Shown: positions 12,363-64,000 of the stretch, piece after piece
Numbering within the stretch: the first letter of the stretch is position 1
Layout: each line of letters begins with the position of its first letter
NCBI RefSeq assembly: GCF_964204645.1
Contig: NC_134030.1
Coordinates: 417,355-481,354 of the forward strand
Reading direction: 5' to 3'
DNA: 64,000 nucleotides
DNA from: Tubulanus polymorphus
Taxonomy: Eukaryota > Animalia > Nemertea
Position numbers and translations under genes: made by a program
Notes under the pieces: generated by a model
The model's input: only the letters and a program-made list of their open reading frames with translations
Database searches by the model: none
Told to the model about the DNA's origin: nothing

Positions 12363-12531
12363 CATAATTCCATATAAGATATTATATGAGTTTTAGATAG
12401 ATCTCAAAACTATCTCAGATTATAATATCTCAGTTATAAGATAAACTTTGAGATATATCATCGATTATAAGATTGATGAAAATACTCACACAATGCAAAT
12501 AGAATAATATCGTCTGCGTGAACTGGCGAAA

Positions 12532-60299
<47,768 letters not shown>

Positions 60300-61057
60300 C
60301 ACGAACAGATCCGTGGTGACTTGTATCTAATCGTCGGTTCTTACTGTTTGTTGCAATGCGTTGCTATGCGTTGTCCGCCGTATGTTTCTATGACGTCAGT
60401 TGTTGAACGAACTTCATCTAAAACGAGAAAGAATTTCATTTTTAAAATAAGATTTCGATACTTTGCATAAACGTGACTGGGTAACCCTAAAAGGTGGCCA
60501 TCTCCCCGATGGAGGTGCTTAGAATCACTGGCATCTAGCGTCAAAAACCACCAGCAGGGGGGGCGCCCTTCGGTGTTAGATATCTTTGAAGAAATAAATC
60601 CGACAAGATTCCGACAAGATGAACGCCCAATAAAACAGGCTTTAACTACATGTATTTAACTATTGATGAAAAAGGGCAACCTCAGTGAGAAGCGATGGGA
60701 CGACAGGAGTCAGGAACCCCGAGACCAACCCCGCTTAACCCGACCCAGATAGTTATCTGATCCTTCACGATGTTGAATGCTGGTGTACCGGCCCTACCTC
60801 CCCTCCCCTCTCCATCATCACTAGATCCACCGGAATCAACATCCATTTTCATCATCACCATCATCACCATCATCACATTCCAGTCCGTTCGAGTAATTTC
60901 CTATCAGGCGCAAATCCGAGGATTCAATTGGGGAAATGAAATTAATTATATTACACTGATACAAACCGTATATACCACAGACTCACTGCTAACTGCAGGA
61001 TTAACATATTGATAATCTCTCAAACACGGCGGAAACTAGGAAATCATCAATAGCCTG

Positions 61058-61134
61058 GGTCCAGTTCCACAGTTCTGTGTTTGAAAATGAACTAACTTTA
61101 ACTCAGAGTTAACTCACAACTGTGGAACTGAGCC
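61058..61134. mobile_element. 77-bp Harbinger-like mini-MITE
   Basis: GGTCCAGTTCCACAGTT ... AACTGTGGAACTGAGCC flanked by CTG on both sides. Confidence 0.7.
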
Positions 61135-61384
61135 CTGTATTCTGCCTCGAACCTTCCTCGTGTCACTTCAGATCGACAATCAATTTGATTTGAGCTTAAA
61201 TTTGTCAATGATTTTTTACCAATTTCGTCAAAAAGCCCAACTCGAATTCCTCTTAAATCGATGATTTTTTCTGGCCCCAATGAATTCGAGTTGAGTGGAT
61301 TCCACTGTATAAACATTTCAGTGATATTTGTTAACGATCGGTGACGTTATAAGCACGAGAATGATTTAAGCGGGTATTGTAAGC

Positions 61385-61690
61385 TACCAGTCACCACACC
61401 TGATTGGTCACTAGCCATAACACCTGACTAGTCACCACGCCTGACTGGTGGTCATCAGTCGCCACACCTGACTGGTCACAGTCACCACACTGACCAGACA
61501 ATCTTACTAACTCAGTCAGCCACTACTGGTGTATGGTCTAGCGGTTAGCATGCTCGGCTGGCATGCTGGAGGTTGCAAGTTCGAGTCTTGCTAGGGTTAG
61601 GGTTACGGTCGAGCTAGAGTTTCGAGCAAACTAGGGTTAGGGTTACGGATCTATGTCTGTTATCGAGTTAGGGTTAAAGTGCTAGGTTAT
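61385..61690 (+). mobile_element. tRNA-derived SINE-like element with TTAGGG tail (copy D)
   Basis: Same modules as copies A and B. Confidence 0.75.
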
Positions 61691-62494
61691 ACTTTTTGCT
61701 GTTTTATATTAACTTTCACATGATGGCCGCCCCTAAACTTTATCCCCTCACCATCTCACTATCAGATATATCAGATATATCCCTCCCCGCATCAATATTA
61801 CGCGTTAATCTTCTGACATCTCACTGATAATGTTTGACTATTGATATTATGTAATACCGTTGGTTTCAACCGCTGTATCAGTGATGGTTAAATATCAATC
61901 TGGATGCTGTGTCTAAATATCAATCTGGATCCTGGATCAGCTTCTCTTCTCTATTAGTCAACTCTCACAATCGTGATTAATTCTATTACAGAGGCCAGTG
62001 CACGCACGTCATCACTTTACGCGTGGCGCCGGTCCGACCTATAAACTACTGACGTCGATGATAATCGCTACGCAATAAACAGTGACGTCATGGGGTGTTG
62101 TGTCGCTTTGGATGTGAAAATATTCGAATTATTCAAATATGGCGTGTGTCAGACGCGCATGCGTGTAATTAGTTAGTTGTAATGACCAATAGACGTAGGG
62201 TTAGACCTTGGAGTAATCATTGAATTACTCCAAGGTTAGACTCAGTTCCGGTGAGTTTCGCCCCAGTAAGTAAGGGCACTGCGTGACCCCGGAAACAGGT
62301 GCGCGCTTAGGGAACACCTCACCGTGACGTCATTCATGCAAAATTCATGTATTTCGCGTTTGCTCATATGATAACACATATTAACGGTTATGTCTATTAA
62401 ATTAACACGTTGCCGTGCCAACTACACACAACAATCTATCTATAGTTTTATAATGAATATGTTTCGTTTGTGTAACGTCAGGGTACGTCTTTGT

Positions 62495-62670
62495 TTGTCA
62501 CCAGGACGCGCTGTAAGGATGCGACGGGGTATTAGTTCAGTGCGCTGTCACCAGGGCGCGCTGTAAGGATGCGACGGGTATCAGTTCTGCGCGCTGTCAC
62601 CAGGGTGCGCTGTAAGGATGCGACAGGGTATTAGTCCAGCGAGCTGTCACCAGGGCGCGCTGTAAGCATA
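62495..62670. repeat. Tandem repeat of about 50 bp (CTGTCACCAGGGCGCGCTGTAAGGATGCGAC...)
   Basis: 3-4 units. Confidence 0.8.
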
Positions 62671-64000
62671 TTTATCTTGCCTGATTGATCGACTTCAACC
62701 TGTTCTGGAGACTAAAATGTATTTACGATGCACTCGTCGTGTAGAGTCGTCAGAGTCGGCTGCCTTTCTTGAATAAATAGAAACATCGTTGCGTTTACCC
62801 CCTTTACACACAGCGCCTCATTCATACACAAACTCCTTCTCACAGCGAGCACCTGCGAGCACCTGTTGAAACAGGTCCCAAGATACGCTCATCACAAAAC
62901 TGTTTCAAGAGAAGGAAGTGAATGAGGAAGTGAATGAGGAAATGGAGGAGGAAGTGAACAAACGAGAATAGGACGCGTTTCACGATAAAGTGCCCCAACC
63001 GATCACGTGTCAGTCACGTGGGCGGACCTAGAGGCCAATTTTGAAGGATTTGTCACATCCCAAACGATGTCCGCAAAGGTAGGCGCACTACCGCAATGAT
63101 ATTTCCTGCAGATTGTCTGAAGGGGTTGCAGGGTTCAGGCTGCTGGTCGATACCGGCCTATTCCCGGTGACGACAGGACCCGTGGCTCCCCCTGTGTGTG
63201 AGATCCAGAAATAGGATCCGGGTTTTTATCGAAGTGACGCAACCGGATGTAGAATTCATATTGAAAAGAATATATATATATATGTATAACACTAAGAGAA
63301 TATACGCGCGCATGTGTAGTGAGATCAGTTAACGGCGAGCTGGTTTAACGTGACAAGTGCTCGCTCGATTCTGTAAGTAAATTACAGCGAGTTTATAGTA
63401 TTGTAATAATACACAGTTCTATACAGGCCTACTACGCACATCTGTCGAAATGTAACAGATGTTTAAATATTGGGTCACGTGGTCTCCCCCTCTCTCCCCC
63501 ACCATAACAATAATAACAATGTATGGCACAAGTTAACTTTGGACTTTTATATGCAGGTATCAGCCTGTAACCAGCAGCCCCTATCTGACAATCTGCAGCC
63601 TGTAACCAGCAGCTAATGTCTGGTGTTTCAGGTTGATTTTTAACATGCGAAGTGTGGACGATCAGTTTTTGAAAGTTTGCTGATAAAATGTCTAATGTCT
63701 GGCGTTTGCATATGTAGTTCAGTTTCAAGGTAGAGTTCTAAACACATGTGAAGTGTGGACGATCATTTTTGATCGTATAAAGATAGCTGATGAAATATCT
63801 AATATTTAGGGGGGGGTGCAGGGCGGGGGGTGCAGGGCGCAGGCTCTGTAGTGTACGGATATTTCATACTGATTTGCTCGGGTTTTACTGTAGTAGTTGT
63901 TGTTGCACGCAATAGTTTGAATCAGTCCGGAGTGAAGGATATACTGTGGCTCTACTGCAGCTAATAGTGGATATTCCCTCCTTAATCTAATTATCGTCTC

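Noticed and set aside
62000-62350. CpG-rich region with CCAAT, CRE and GCGCATGCG motifs as the DGK promoter
   Set aside because: Plausible, but such motifs are common throughout the window and no first exon could be fixed.

Overview
Repeat-rich eukaryotic (metazoan, probably invertebrate) DNA. Most of the window (12532-60299, minus strand) is one complete type I diacylglycerol kinase gene (DGK alpha/beta/gamma group, DGKB-like). I assembled it by hand from 23 frame-compatible GT-AG coding exons (about 913 aa: recoverin-homology N-terminus, EF-hands, two C1 domains, catalytic and accessory domains), plus candidate cassette exons. The left end holds two divergently oriented, apparently paralogous genes for secreted coiled-coil proteins, a truncated GPCR fragment embedded in inverted 109-bp repeats, a Harbinger-type MITE, a Penelope-like relic and a tRNA-Val(CAC). 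The most notable signal is a 69-bp intronic satellite (about 22 and about 40 copies). On the DGK sense strand its monomer reads as a minimal type I hammerhead ribozyme of the Penelope-associated kind, and a second covarying hammerhead family lies elsewhere in the window. Also present are a tRNA-derived element tailed with TTAGGG repeats, minisatellites derived from a MITE terminal repeat, and many simple repeats that produce spurious long ORFs. All calls are by eye; no searches or folding programs were run.
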